Shown in pieces: positions 51,553 to 61,216 of a DNA stretch of 64,000 bases (position 1 is the stretch's first letter; each line of letters opens with the position of its first letter). The stretch is taken from positions 64,001 to 128,000 of the forward strand of contig CBDDBZ010000037.1 of assembly GCA_965225945.1 (NCBI GenBank), given 5' to 3'. The notes beneath the pieces are model-generated. The model worked only from the letters and a program-made list of their open reading frames with translations, had not been told where the DNA came from and made no database searches. Position numbers and translations under genes: made by a program. The stretch is from Alphaproteobacteria bacterium. Its GTDB lineage: Bacteria > Pseudomonadota > Alphaproteobacteria > GCA-2731375.

Positions 51553-52496
51553 GCGCCGCGCCCGAGGCCCACCAGAACCAGTCCCGGCTCGCCTTTGGCC
51601 TGGCGGTCACCGAGCTCGCGATGCGCGATGCGCGGGTGGTGGCGATCTCCGCCGACACGCTCGACCTGATCGGACTACGCGGCATCATCGAGCATCATCC
51701 CAGCCGCGTGGTCGACGTCGGCATCGCCGAGCAGAACGCGATGGGCGTCGCCTCGGGCCTCGCCACCACGGGGCTGCGGCCCTTCGTCTGCGGCTACGCC
51801 CCCTTCATTACCGCCCGCTCGATGGAACAGTTGCGCAACGACGTCGCCTACGCCGCCCAGCGCGTGGTGATCGGCGCGGCGGCGAGCGGCGTCGCCCTCG
51901 GCGTTTCCGGCGGCACGCACCATGCGCTGGAGGACCTGGCCATGCTCCGGAGTCTTCCCGGCATGACGGTGATCGTGCCGGCCGACGCCAACCAGGCCTG
52001 GCACGCGACGCTGGCGACGGAGCGAATCGACGGGCCGGTCTATATCCGCCTGGGGGGCCGGCTGGCCGAGGCGCCGGTGACGCCGCCCGAGGGACCGTTC
52101 ACCCCCGGCAAGGCCGAAGTCTTGCGCGAGGGCGGCGACGTCGCCGTCCTCGCCTGTGGCGCGCTGGTGGCACCGGCGCTCGAGGCGGCGGAGTCGCTGG
52201 CGGGCCAGGGGATCTCGGCCAGGGTGGTGAACCTGCATACCATCAAGCCGCTCGACCGCGAGGCGATCCTGGCGGCGGCCGAGACGCGCGGTATCGTCAC
52301 CGCCGAGGAACACCATCTGAGCGGCGGGCTCGGCGGCGCGGTGGCGGAGCTTCTGGCCGAGACGCGGCCGACGGCCATGCGCTTCGTCGGCATGCCGGAC
52401 GAATTCGCCATCGTCGGCCCGACCGACAAGGTGCGGGAGCGTTACGGGATGAGCGCCGGCGGCATCGAGGCGGCCTGTCTCGAGCTGCTGAAATAA
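51549..52496 (+). CDS. Transketolase, C-terminal subunit
   Basis: GIAEQN, GGTHHALED, TIKPLD, EEH. Confidence 0.9.
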   Translation: MSAAPEAHQNQSRLAFGLAVTELAMRDARVVAISADTLDLIGLRGIIEHHPSRVVDVGIAEQNAMGVASGLATTGLRPFVCGYAPFITARSMEQLRNDVAYAAQRVVIGAAASGVALGVSGGTHHALEDLAMLRSLPGMTVIVPADANQAWHATLATERIDGPVYIRLGGRLAEAPVTPPEGPFTPGKAEVLREGGDVAVLACGALVAPALEAAESLAGQGISARVVNLHTIKPLDREAILAAAETRGIVTAEEHHLSGGLGGAVAELLAETRPTAMRFVGMPDEFAIVGPTDKVRERYGMSAGGIEAACLELLK

Positions 52497-52511
52497 CCGT
52501 GTCCGGAATTC

Positions 52512-52624
52512 CGTCATTGCGAGCGAGCGAAGCGAGCGTGGCAATCCAGGCGGCCTCGATGTCCCGCGCGATGGTCGACGCATGGGGTACGGCCCTGGAT
52601 CGCCACGCTCCGCTCGCGATGACG
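52512..52624. repeat. GTCATTGCGAG-type REP-like intergenic palindrome
   Basis: Arms cgtcattgcgagcg/cgctcgcgatgacg and gagcgtggcaatccagg/cctggatcgccacgctc. Confidence 0.75.
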
Positions 52625-52704
52625 TTTTGAGATGCTCCGCGCCTCGTGATGACGTCGATGTGCCGGTAGTTCCATAAGACCGGACGATGTTCTAAGAAAC
52701 GCGC

Positions 52705-54363
52705 ATGATCGATCGTCTCGCCATCGCGCTGGCACAGTGCAATCCGACCGTCGGCGACGTCGCCGGCAATGCCGAGATCGTGCGCGCGCAGCGTGCCGAG
52801 TTCGCCGGCCGGGCTGATTTGGTGGTCTTTTCGGAATTGCTGCTCTCCGGCTATCCGCCGGAGGATCTGGTGCTGAAGCCGGCCTTCCAGGACGAGCTGG
52901 AAGCGGCGGCGCGCGCGCTGGCCGCGGAAACGGCGGACGGCGGCCCGGCGCTGCTGCTGGGGACGCCGTGGCGGGTCGACGGCCGGCTGCATAACGCGGT
53001 GCTGCTGCTCGACGGCGGCGAGATAAGAGCGGTGCGCGCCAAGTGCGAGCTGCCCAACTACAACGTCTTCGACGAGAAGCGGGTGTTCGCCGCCGGCGAG
53101 CTGCCGGGGCCGATCAACTTCCGGGGCGTGCGGATCGGCGTGCCGATCTGCGAGGACGTGTGGACCGGGGAGGTCCTGGAATGCCTGGTGGAGACCGGGG
53201 CCGAGATCGTCCTGGTGCCCAACGGTTCGCCCTTCGATCGGATGAAGGCCGACGTCCGGTTGAACTTGGTGGTGGCCCGCGTCGCCACCTCCGGCCTGCC
53301 GATGGCCTACCTGAACCAGGTCGGCGGACAGGACGAGCTGGTGTTCGACGGCGGCTCCTTCGTGCTCAACCCCGGCGGTGAGCTGGCGGCCCGCCTGCCG
53401 ATGTTCGAAGTGGCGAGCGAACTCACGATCTGGACCCGGGGGCCCGAGGGCTGGGCTTGCGAATTGGCCCGGCGCGAGCCGCCGGAGGAGGGCGTGAGCG
53501 CGATCTATCGGGCGATGACCTTGGGCCTGCGCGACTATGTCGACAAGAACCGATTTCCGGGCGTGATCATCGGCCTCTCGGGTGGGATCGATTCCGCGTT
53601 GAGCGCGGCTGTCGCGGTCGACGCGCTGGGGCCGGATCGGGTCTGGTGCGTGATGATGCCCTCGATCTTCACCGGGGCCGAGAGCCTGGACGACGCGGCC
53701 GCGTGCGCGAAGCTGTTGGGCGTTCGCCTCGACGAGGTCGGGATCGCGCCGGCGGTGAGCGCCTTCGAAGAGACCCTGGCGCCGGTATTCGAGGGCAGGG
53801 CGCGTGACACGACGGAAGAGAATTTGCAGTCCCGCGCCCGGGCGATCACGCTTATGGCGCTTTCCAACAAGTTCGGCCACATGGTGCTGACTACCGGCAA
53901 CAAGTCGGAGATGAGCGTCGGCTACGCCACCATCTATGGCGACATGGCGGGCGGCTATTCGGTGCTGAAGGACGTTTACAAGACCACGGTGTTCGAGCTC
54001 TCGGCCTGGCGCAATCAGCGGCGCCCGTCGGGCGTGCTGGGCCCCGAGGGCCGCGTGGTGCCGGAGAACATCCTGGTGAAGCCCCCCTCGGCCGAACTGC
54101 GCCCCGACCAAAGGGACGAGGATTCGCTGCCGCCCTACGAGGTGCTGGACGATATATTGGAGTGCCTGGTGGAGCGCGAACTCGCCTTCGAGGAGATCAC
54201 CGAGCGGGGCCATTCGGCGGAACTCGTCAGCCGAATAGAGCAATTGCTCTACGTCGCCGAATACAAGCGCCGCCAGGCCCCGCCCGGCGTCAAGATCACC
54301 GAGCGGGCCTTCGGCCGCGATCGGCGCTATCCCATCACCAACGGCTTCCGCGACGCGCGCTGA
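52705..54363 (+). CDS. nadE: Glutamine-dependent NAD+ synthetase
   Basis: Nitrilase domain (GYPPEDL, ICED), SGGIDS, NKSE, PSAEL. Confidence 0.95.
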   Translation: MIDRLAIALAQCNPTVGDVAGNAEIVRAQRAEFAGRADLVVFSELLLSGYPPEDLVLKPAFQDELEAAARALAAETADGGPALLLGTPWRVDGRLHNAVLLLDGGEIRAVRAKCELPNYNVFDEKRVFAAGELPGPINFRGVRIGVPICEDVWTGEVLECLVETGAEIVLVPNGSPFDRMKADVRLNLVVARVATSGLPMAYLNQVGGQDELVFDGGSFVLNPGGELAARLPMFEVASELTIWTRGPEGWACELARREPPEEGVSAIYRAMTLGLRDYVDKNRFPGVIIGLSGGIDSALSAAVAVDALGPDRVWCVMMPSIFTGAESLDDAAACAKLLGVRLDEVGIAPAVSAFEETLAPVFEGRARDTTEENLQSRARAITLMALSNKFGHMVLTTGNKSEMSVGYATIYGDMAGGYSVLKDVYKTTVFELSAWRNQRRPSGVLGPEGRVVPENILVKPPSAELRPDQRDEDSLPPYEVLDDILECLVERELAFEEITERGHSAELVSRIEQLLYVAEYKRRQAPPGVKITERAFGRDRRYPITNGFRDAR

Positions 54364-54371
54364 GGTGCCCC

Positions 54372-55160
54372 ATGAGCCCGCTCGTGCTCTACCACTCCTG
54401 GTCGTCCAGCGCCTCGCGCAAGGTGCGGCTCTGCCTGGCCGAGAAGGGCTTGGACTACGACGGCCGGGTGCTCGACCTGCGCCGCTTCCCGCACCACCAG
54501 CCGTGGTACAAGGCCTTGAACCCGAGCGGCATCGTGCCCTGCCTGCTGGCCGACGGCGTGGCCCTGGTGGAAAGCAACCTGATCAACGAATACCTCGACG
54601 AGGCCGTGCCCGAGCCACCGCTGATGCCCGCGGGCCCGGCGGATCGCCACGAGGTTCGGCGCTGGTCGAAATACATCGACGACCATTGCCTGCCGGCGGT
54701 GCAGAAGCCGAACTGGTCCCGCACCATGCGGCCGATCGCCGCGAGGTGGTCCGACGAGGAGCTGGAACGCCGCCTGGCGGCGATCCCGATCGAGGGGCGC
54801 CGGCGGCTTTGGTACCGCATGGCGCGCGATCCCTTCAGCGCTGAGGAGATCGACGCCGCGCTCGACATCCTCGAAGACATGTGCGGTCAAATCGAGGCCC
54901 ATTTGAAGGCGCGCGGCGGCCCCTGGCTGCTGGGTGATCGCCTGACGCTGGCCGACATCGCCGCCGCGCCCTATGTCGTTCGCTTCGAGGAGGAGCGGCC
55001 GGGCCGGCTGCCGCCGCGCGCCGCCGAGTGGTGGGCCCGCCTCACCGCGCGCCCGGCCTGGTCCCGGTCCGAGATCGGCTCCTACCAGGGTGACACCGAG
55101 CGCTCCATCGCCGAGGCGATTGCCGATCCAGAGGCGACGCTGGAGGAGGGGGACTGCTAG
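54372..55160 (+). CDS. Glutathione S-transferase family protein
   Basis: LNPSGIVP, ESNLINEYLDE, TLADI. Confidence 0.9.
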   Translation: MSPLVLYHSWSSSASRKVRLCLAEKGLDYDGRVLDLRRFPHHQPWYKALNPSGIVPCLLADGVALVESNLINEYLDEAVPEPPLMPAGPADRHEVRRWSKYIDDHCLPAVQKPNWSRTMRPIAARWSDEELERRLAAIPIEGRRRLWYRMARDPFSAEEIDAALDILEDMCGQIEAHLKARGGPWLLGDRLTLADIAAAPYVVRFEEERPGRLPPRAAEWWARLTARPAWSRSEIGSYQGDTERSIAEAIADPEATLEEGDC

Positions 55161-55194
55161 ACTTCTTCCGCACATCCCAAGCGGAGAAGTGGAC

Positions 55195-56340
55195 ATGCGG
55201 GTGGTGATCTGCGGCGGCGGGGCCATCGGCGCGGCCATCGCCTATTACGCGAGCCAGCGCGGTATCGAGGCGATCGTGGTCGAGCGGACCGGCGTCGCCT
55301 GCGCCGCTTCCGGCAAGTCGGGCGGCTTCCTGGCGCTCGACTGGTGCGATGGCTCGGCCCTCGGTCCGCTGGCGCGCAGGAGCTTCCAGCTGCACGGCGA
55401 GTTGGCCGCGGCGGGGGAGGGGGCGTGGGACTATCGCCGCCTCGAAACGCTCGGCGTCGTGGCCAGCGCGCGGCGCGACCTATCGCGCCATCGCCAGAGC
55501 GAGTCACCCGGCTGGTTGGCCGAGGGGGCGGCCGTGCACGGCCGGCTCGGCGAGCCTGAGAGCACGGCGCAGGTCCATCCCGCCAAGTTCACTCAAGGCT
55601 TGATGGCGGCGGCGCGCCGCCGGGGTGCCGAGCTCCGCGCCGGCGTCGTCACCGGTCTCGCCAGCACGGCCGACGGCTCGGCCGTCACCGGTGCCATCGT
55701 CGACGGCGAGACGGTTCCGGCCGATGCCGTGGTGGTGGCGATGGGGCCCTGGTCGGTGCTGGCCTGCGCCTGGCTGCCGCTTCCCGCCGTCGGTGGCCTC
55801 AAGGGCCACAGCCTAGTTTTCGAATATACGCCCGAGCGGCCCAGCGCCCTCTTCGTCGAATGCGAGGTGGCGGCGGGCGAAGTGCACGCGCCCGAGGTCT
55901 TTCCCCGCCCAGACGGCACGACCTACGTCTGTGGCCTGCCGGGGGAGGGCGACCTGCCGGTGGATCCGGGAGACGTCGGCACCGAGCCCAAGGCGGAGGC
56001 GGCGCTGCGGGCCATGGTCGCGACCTTCGCGCCGGAGCTGGCGCGGGCGCGAGCGCTGGCTTTCCAGGCCTGCTACCGGCCGATCACGCGCGACGGCCTG
56101 CCGCTGATCGGGCAAGTCGGTGGCATCGAGGGGGCCTATGTCGCCACCGGCCACAACGTCTGGGGCATCCTGAACGCGCCCGCGACCGGCGAGGCCATGG
56201 CCGAGCTATTGGCTGAGGGCAGGTCGAGCCAGGTCGATCTCGCGGCCTTCGATCCTGGTCGATTGCCGGCCTCGGCACCGCCGGAGGTGCACGCCGCGAG
56301 CGCCGCCCGCGCGCCTCGGTCGCCCGATCCGGCGGCCTGA
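55195..56340 (+). CDS. FAD-dependent oxidoreductase (DAO family)
   Basis: GGGAIG, ASGKSGG, TGHNVWGILNAP. Confidence 0.87.
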   Translation: MRVVICGGGAIGAAIAYYASQRGIEAIVVERTGVACAASGKSGGFLALDWCDGSALGPLARRSFQLHGELAAAGEGAWDYRRLETLGVVASARRDLSRHRQSESPGWLAEGAAVHGRLGEPESTAQVHPAKFTQGLMAAARRRGAELRAGVVTGLASTADGSAVTGAIVDGETVPADAVVVAMGPWSVLACAWLPLPAVGGLKGHSLVFEYTPERPSALFVECEVAAGEVHAPEVFPRPDGTTYVCGLPGEGDLPVDPGDVGTEPKAEAALRAMVATFAPELARARALAFQACYRPITRDGLPLIGQVGGIEGAYVATGHNVWGILNAPATGEAMAELLAEGRSSQVDLAAFDPGRLPASAPPEVHAASAARAPRSPDPAA

Positions 56341-56378
56341 AAGCGGGCGTCGGGGACCGGAGCGCGCATTGCCTCGGC

Positions 56379-57503
56379 TCACGGAAACAGGGGGTGCTGC
56401 TCGAGGCCCGCCGTCTCGGCAATGCCGTACATCACGTTCATGTTCTGCACTGCCTGGCCGGAGCCGCCCTTCACCAAATTGTCGATCGCCGAGAGCAGGA
56501 TCGCGCGGCCCGCCAGGCGATCGGCGAAGACGCCGATCAGGCAGAAGTTGGAGCCCCGGACATGGCGCGTCGCCGGCGCCTCGCCCGCCGGCAACACGCG
56601 CACGAAGGGCTCGTCCTCGTAAGCTGCCGCCAGGGTCTCGCGCAGATCGTCGGCCGTGGTGTCAGGGGCCAGGCGGACGTAGATGGTGGAGAGGATGCCT
56701 CGGTTCATCGGCATCAGGTGCGGCGTGAAGTTGACCGCGATTTGGCCGCCGGCGGCGCGGCTCAGCTCCTGCTCGATCTCCGGCGCGTGGCGATGGTGGG
56801 CGATCGAATAGGCATGCACGCCTTCCGCCACCTCGGCATGGAGGTTGTCGAGCTTTTCGCCGCGCCCAGCCCCGGTGACGCCGGATTTGGCATCGATGAT
56901 GATGTCGTCACGCTCGATCTCGCCCGCCGCCAGCAGCGGGGCGAGCGGCAGGACGGCGGCGGTCGGATAGCAGCCCGGACAGGCGACCAGGCGCGCGCCC
57001 TTCAGGGACTCGCGGGCCAGTTCGGTCAGGCCGTAGACCGCCTCGCCTTGGAGCCCGGGGGCGAGATGGGGGTGGCCGTACCACTCGGCGTAGAGCGCCT
57101 CGTCGTCGAGGCGGAAATCGGCGGAGAGGTCGATAACCCGGGGCTGGCCCGGCGTCGCGGCGGCGAGATCGCCCGTGGTCTCGTTGAGCAATTCGTCGAC
57201 CATGGGGTGGCCGGTCTCGTGCAAGATGCCGGCGATGACCTCCTGCGTGGTGCCGTGCGGTAGGCCGCAGAAGACGACGTCGACATCGAGACCGGCCCAC
57301 TCGACCTGATCGATTCCGATCAGGTCCGGCAGGCCGAGGCCGCCCAAGTGCGGAAAGACGCGCTCGTAGGACTCGCCCGCGTGGCGGTCGGCGGTCAGCA
57401 ACACGATCTCGGCGTTCGGATGGTTCACCAGCAGGCGCACCAACTCCGCCCCGGTGTAACCGCTGGCGCCCAGAATGGCGATCCGTAAACGATTGCTGGT
57501 CAT
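56379..57503 (-). CDS. argC: N-acetyl-gamma-glutamyl-phosphate reductase
   Basis: GASGYTG, DLSADFR, PGCYPT, DNLVKG. Confidence 0.95.
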   Translation of the reverse strand: MTSNRLRIAILGASGYTGAELVRLLVNHPNAEIVLLTADRHAGESYERVFPHLGGLGLPDLIGIDQVEWAGLDVDVVFCGLPHGTTQEVIAGILHETGHPMVDELLNETTGDLAAATPGQPRVIDLSADFRLDDEALYAEWYGHPHLAPGLQGEAVYGLTELARESLKGARLVACPGCYPTAAVLPLAPLLAAGEIERDDIIIDAKSGVTGAGRGEKLDNLHAEVAEGVHAYSIAHHRHAPEIEQELSRAAGGQIAVNFTPHLMPMNRGILSTIYVRLAPDTTADDLRETLAAAYEDEPFVRVLPAGEAPATRHVRGSNFCLIGVFADRLAGRAILLSAIDNLVKGGSGQAVQNMNVMYGIAETAGLEQHPLFP

Positions 57504-57580
57504 GGCCCGAACTCCTTGAAGAGAAATATAGTGAAATCGAGGGGGAAATCCCGCCTTTCGTCGAATCCCGCCGCGGCAGC

Positions 57581-57610
57581 GAAAAAGGGCGGTGTCGCCA
57601 CCGCCCTTTT
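57581..57610 (-). terminator. Intrinsic terminator after rpsI
   Basis: Minus strand aaaagggcggtg-GCGA-caccgccc-TTTTT. Confidence 0.8.
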
Positions 57611-57634
57611 GCGTTGCCGAAGCGGGGGGGGCGG

Positions 57635-58117
57635 TCAGCGTTTGGAGAACTGGAAGCTTCGGCGCGCCTTGCGCTTGCCGTACTTCTTGCGCTCCACGAC
57701 GCGGGCGTCGCGGGTGAGGAAGCCGCCGCGCTTCAGAACCGGCCGCAAGCCCGGCTCGAATTCGACCAGCGCCTTGGAGATGCCGTGGCGCACGGCGCCG
57801 GCCTGGCCCGAGAGGCCGCCGCCCTTCGCCGTGCACCAGACGTCGTACTGCTCGACTCGTTCGGCCACCTCGAAGGGCTGGTTGATGATCATCCTCAGCA
57901 CGGGGCGAGCGAAATAGTCGATACTGTCCCGCCCATTCACGGTGATCCGGCCGAGGCCCGGCTTGATCCAGACCCGGGCGATGGCGTTCTTCCGCTTGCC
58001 GGTGGCATAGGCCCGGCCCTGGACGTCGATCCGAGGCTCCGGCGGCGGCGGCGCCTCCTCGCTCGGGGTGACGAGGGTCGCCAGATCCTCGAGCGAGCCG
58101 ATGGTCGTCTCGGACAT
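57635..58117 (-). CDS. rpsI: 30S ribosomal protein S9
   Basis: [21 protein letters not shown]. Confidence 0.97.
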   Translation of the reverse strand: MSETTIGSLEDLATLVTPSEEAPPPPEPRIDVQGRAYATGKRKNAIARVWIKPGLGRITVNGRDSIDYFARPVLRMIINQPFEVAERVEQYDVWCTAKGGGLSGQAGAVRHGISKALVEFEPGLRPVLKRGGFLTRDARVVERKKYGKRKARRSFQFSKR

Positions 58118-58119
58118 GA

Positions 58120-58584
58120 TCAGAGGCTCCTCTTGTTCTTGGGATTGAGCAGGGCGAGATCCAGCGTCGTCGGCTGTTGCGCCTCGTGGGGATGCTCGGC
58201 GCCGGCGTAGACCTTGAGCTTGCGGATCTGCGCCCGGCCGAGCGGTCCGGACGGGATCATCCGCTTGATCGCCTTCTCCACCACCCGCTCGGGGTGCTTG
58301 CCGTCGAGGATCTTGCCGGCGGTCCGGCTCTTGATGCCGCCGGGATAGCCGGTGTGCCAATAGTAGATCTTGTCCTTGCGCTTGTTGCCGGTGAGTTTCA
58401 CCTTGCCGGCGTTGACGATGACGACATGGTCGCCGCAGTCGATATGCGGCGTGAACAGGGGCTTGTGCTTGCCGCGCAGACGATCGGCGACGATGACGGC
58501 GAGGCGGCCGAGGACGACGTCCTCGGCATCGATCAGCCACCAAGCTCGGGTGACGTCGCCCGGGCGGGCGGAATAGGTTCTCAT
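58120..58584 (-). CDS. rplM: 50S ribosomal protein L13
   Basis: LGRLA, GKHKP, HTGYPGG, HPHEAQ. Confidence 0.97.
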   Translation of the reverse strand: MRTYSARPGDVTRAWWLIDAEDVVLGRLAVIVADRLRGKHKPLFTPHIDCGDHVVIVNAGKVKLTGNKRKDKIYYWHTGYPGGIKSRTAGKILDGKHPERVVEKAIKRMIPSGPLGRAQIRKLKVYAGAEHPHEAQQPTTLDLALLNPKNKRSL

Positions 58585-58632
58585 CGCGTTCATGTCCTGG
58601 TCGCGTTCATGTCCTGGTCGCGTTCATGTCCT
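58584..58632. repeat. 17-bp tandem repeat (2.9 copies) over the rplM translation initiation region
   Basis: TCGCGTTCATGTCCTGG x2 plus TCGCGTTCATGTCCT. Confidence 0.9.
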
Positions 58633-58690
58633 CGGCGACGGCCGGGCGGTCGGCGCCGCGCGCCCCTTCCCCGGGTCGAGCTGGGCGCGG

Positions 58691-58718
58691 AGTATGTCAG
58701 GAATATCCGCAAGGTCAA
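58691..58718 (-). promoter_or_regulatory. Candidate sigma70 promoter for rplM-rpsI
   Basis: TTGACC-16 bp-CATACT. Confidence 0.5.
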
Positions 58719-58931
58719 CGTCTTTATCGTCACTAGAAACGGTTTTTCACACGGGATTTCAAGCATTTAGAGATGAGGTAGTATCATACCCCGAGACGGC
58801 CGGCCATCGTGCATACCGAGGCGAAGCCGAGGGACATTTTGTCGATCGACTTGCTAGCTTGGCCACGCCACTTGCGGGCGTCCGGCGCGCGGGGTGAAAT
58901 GGCGAACCGATGCCAAACGCTCGAGGCCCCG

Positions 58932-59867
58932 ATGGCGATCACCCTATTTGAGAACTTGCGCGCGGTCTTCTACGCCCCGTTTTACGCGGCGCACGCGCTC
59001 GGCGCCTACCGGGAGGAGGGGATCGAGGTGAATATCACCACCTCGCCCAGTCCGGCGGCGACGGCGACGAGCCTGCTGGACGGTACCGCCGACGTCTCCT
59101 GGGGCGGCCCGATGCGGGTGCTGTTGACCTACGATCGACACCCGACATGCGATCTGGTGCTGTTCGCCGAGGCGGTGGGGCGCGATCCCTTCTTCCTGAT
59201 CGGCCGCGAGGCCCGGCCTGGCTTCGCCCTCGGCGATCTCATTGATCTCCGTCTCGCCAGCGTCTCCGAGGTCCCGACGCCCTGGCTCTGCCTGCAGGAG
59301 GATCTGCGCCGCCTCGGCCTCGATCCGGGCGCCGTCGAGCGCCGCCCCGACGCCACCATGGCGGAAAACCAGGCGGCCCTGCTGGCGGGAGAGATCGACG
59401 CGGCGCAACTGTTCCAGCCCTTCGCCGAGCAGTTGATCCGGCAGGGCTGCCATGTCTGGTACGCGGCGGCGAGCCGGGGCCCCACCGCCTATACCTCTTT
59501 CTATGCGACGCGGGCCCGCTTCGAGGCCGAGCCCGAGACCATGGCGGCGATGACGCGCGGGCTCTACCGGACCCAGAAGTGGTTGAAGTCGGCGGCGCCG
59601 GAGGCGGTGGCTGGCGTGATCGCCGGCTATTTCCCTGGCCTCGCGCCCGATCTCGTCGCCGCCTGCATCGCCCGCTATCAGGCGCTGGGCGTGTGGAACG
59701 AGACGCCGGTCCTGCCCGCGGTTGGCTTCGAGCGGCTGAAGCGTTCCTGCCTCTCGGGCGGGCTGATCGGCCGCGACGTCCCCTTCGAGGTCTGCGTCGA
59801 CAACCGCCACGCCGAGGCCGCCGTCATCGCCGATCCGCCGCCGATCGCGGGGCCGGGCGAGGCGTGA
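58932..59867 (+). CDS. ABC transporter substrate-binding protein (NMT1/THI5/SsuA-like)
   Basis: FYAPFYAA...GAYREEGIEV, AQLFQPF; no signal peptide or adjacent permease seen. Confidence 0.75.
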   Translation: MAITLFENLRAVFYAPFYAAHALGAYREEGIEVNITTSPSPAATATSLLDGTADVSWGGPMRVLLTYDRHPTCDLVLFAEAVGRDPFFLIGREARPGFALGDLIDLRLASVSEVPTPWLCLQEDLRRLGLDPGAVERRPDATMAENQAALLAGEIDAAQLFQPFAEQLIRQGCHVWYAAASRGPTAYTSFYATRARFEAEPETMAAMTRGLYRTQKWLKSAAPEAVAGVIAGYFPGLAPDLVAACIARYQALGVWNETPVLPAVGFERLKRSCLSGGLIGRDVPFEVCVDNRHAEAAVIADPPPIAGPGEA

Positions 59868-59877
59868 AGGCGGCGCC

Positions 59878-61182
59878 TCAGCGCTCCATCGCGTCGAGCA
59901 GGCGGTACCAGTTGGAGACCGCCGGCACCATGGCCTGGGCGACCTCGGACGAGAGGTAGGGCTTGAAGGCCAGCCGGTCCCAGGCGGTGGCGCCCTCGGG
60001 ATCGCCCATGACCTTGAGCGCGATCTTGTGGCCGAGGTGGGTTGCCCGCGCGACCCCGCTGCCGCAGTAGCCCATGGCGTAATGCACGCCCTCACGCACG
60101 CCCGCGTGCGGAAAGATGTCCCGGGTATAGGCGATGTAGCCGGACCAGCAATGGCTGATCCGGACTCCGTCCAGCTCGGGGAAGAGGCGGATCAGGCCGC
60201 GATAGAGATGGACGAAGTCCTCGGTCCGGGGGCTGTCCGACGGCCGTTTGCCGCGACCGCCGAAGAGGAGCCGCTTCCCGTCGGGGCTGGCCTGGTAATA
60301 GTGGTAGATCCGCCCGGTTTCCCCCACCACGCGGCGCGTCGGCAGCAGGCGGTCCATCACCTCGGGCGCCAGTTCCTCGGTAGCGATGATGGCCGAGGGA
60401 ATCGGGACCACGCGGGCCTTGAGCTCGGGCGTCGCCCGGGTGGTGTAGCCGTTGGTGGCGCAGATGGCGTGGCCGGCCGATATTTCGCCGCGGCTGGTGC
60501 TGATGGAGATCCGCTGGCGCTCCTTCGCCAGGCCTTGGACCGGTGTGAACGGCACGATCCGAACGCCCGCCGCCTCCACCCGTTCCAGCAGCCCTTGGTG
60601 ATAGAGCGCCGGATGCACCCTGGCGTCCTCCGGCAGCACCACGCCGCCGTGATAGAGCTCGGTGCCCACCTCGTCGTGCTGCCTGTCCTTCGGCACGGCC
60701 GTGAAGTCGAGGTCGATCAGCCGCGCCAGCTCCTCGTGCTCGCGCACCATCGGATCGTAGTGCGCGGCGCGGCGCGCGGCGCGAAAGCGGCCCGAGCGGC
60801 GGAAATGACACTCGATTCGCTCCCGCTCGATCAGGCCGTCGATGTAGTCGAGCGCCGCCTTGCCTTCGCGCAAGAGGTCGCGCGCATGGGCCTCGCCGTA
60901 CCTCCGCACCAGATCGCTCGTGGCGTGGCGCTGATTGCCGCTGCCGACCTGGCCGCCGTTGCGGCTACTGGCGCCGTATCCGGGCGCCTCGGCCTCCACC
61001 ACCACCACCTCGCGGCCGGCCCGCGCCAGCGTCAGCGCGGCGGAAAGCCCGGTGAAGCCCGAGCCGACGATGGCGATCTCGGCGGCCGGGGGCAGCGTCG
61101 GCTCGCTCAATTCCCGCCTCGGCGCCCACTCCCACCACCAGGGCGTGAACTTGACGTCGGCGGCGAAGATGCTGGCGTTCAT
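59878..61182 (-). CDS. FAD-dependent oxidoreductase (PuuB/DadA-like)
   Basis: GSGFTG, GASSRNGG, ATNGY, GYCGSGV. Confidence 0.87.
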   Translation of the reverse strand: MNASIFAADVKFTPWWWEWAPRRELSEPTLPPAAEIAIVGSGFTGLSAALTLARAGREVVVVEAEAPGYGASSRNGGQVGSGNQRHATSDLVRRYGEAHARDLLREGKAALDYIDGLIERERIECHFRRSGRFRAARRAAHYDPMVREHEELARLIDLDFTAVPKDRQHDEVGTELYHGGVVLPEDARVHPALYHQGLLERVEAAGVRIVPFTPVQGLAKERQRISISTSRGEISAGHAICATNGYTTRATPELKARVVPIPSAIIATEELAPEVMDRLLPTRRVVGETGRIYHYYQASPDGKRLLFGGRGKRPSDSPRTEDFVHLYRGLIRLFPELDGVRISHCWSGYIAYTRDIFPHAGVREGVHYAMGYCGSGVARATHLGHKIALKVMGDPEGATAWDRLAFKPYLSSEVAQAMVPAVSNWYRLLDAMER

Positions 61183-61216
61183 GGTAGTTCTTTTCCCCTG
61201 GCCATCCCCCTGGCGC

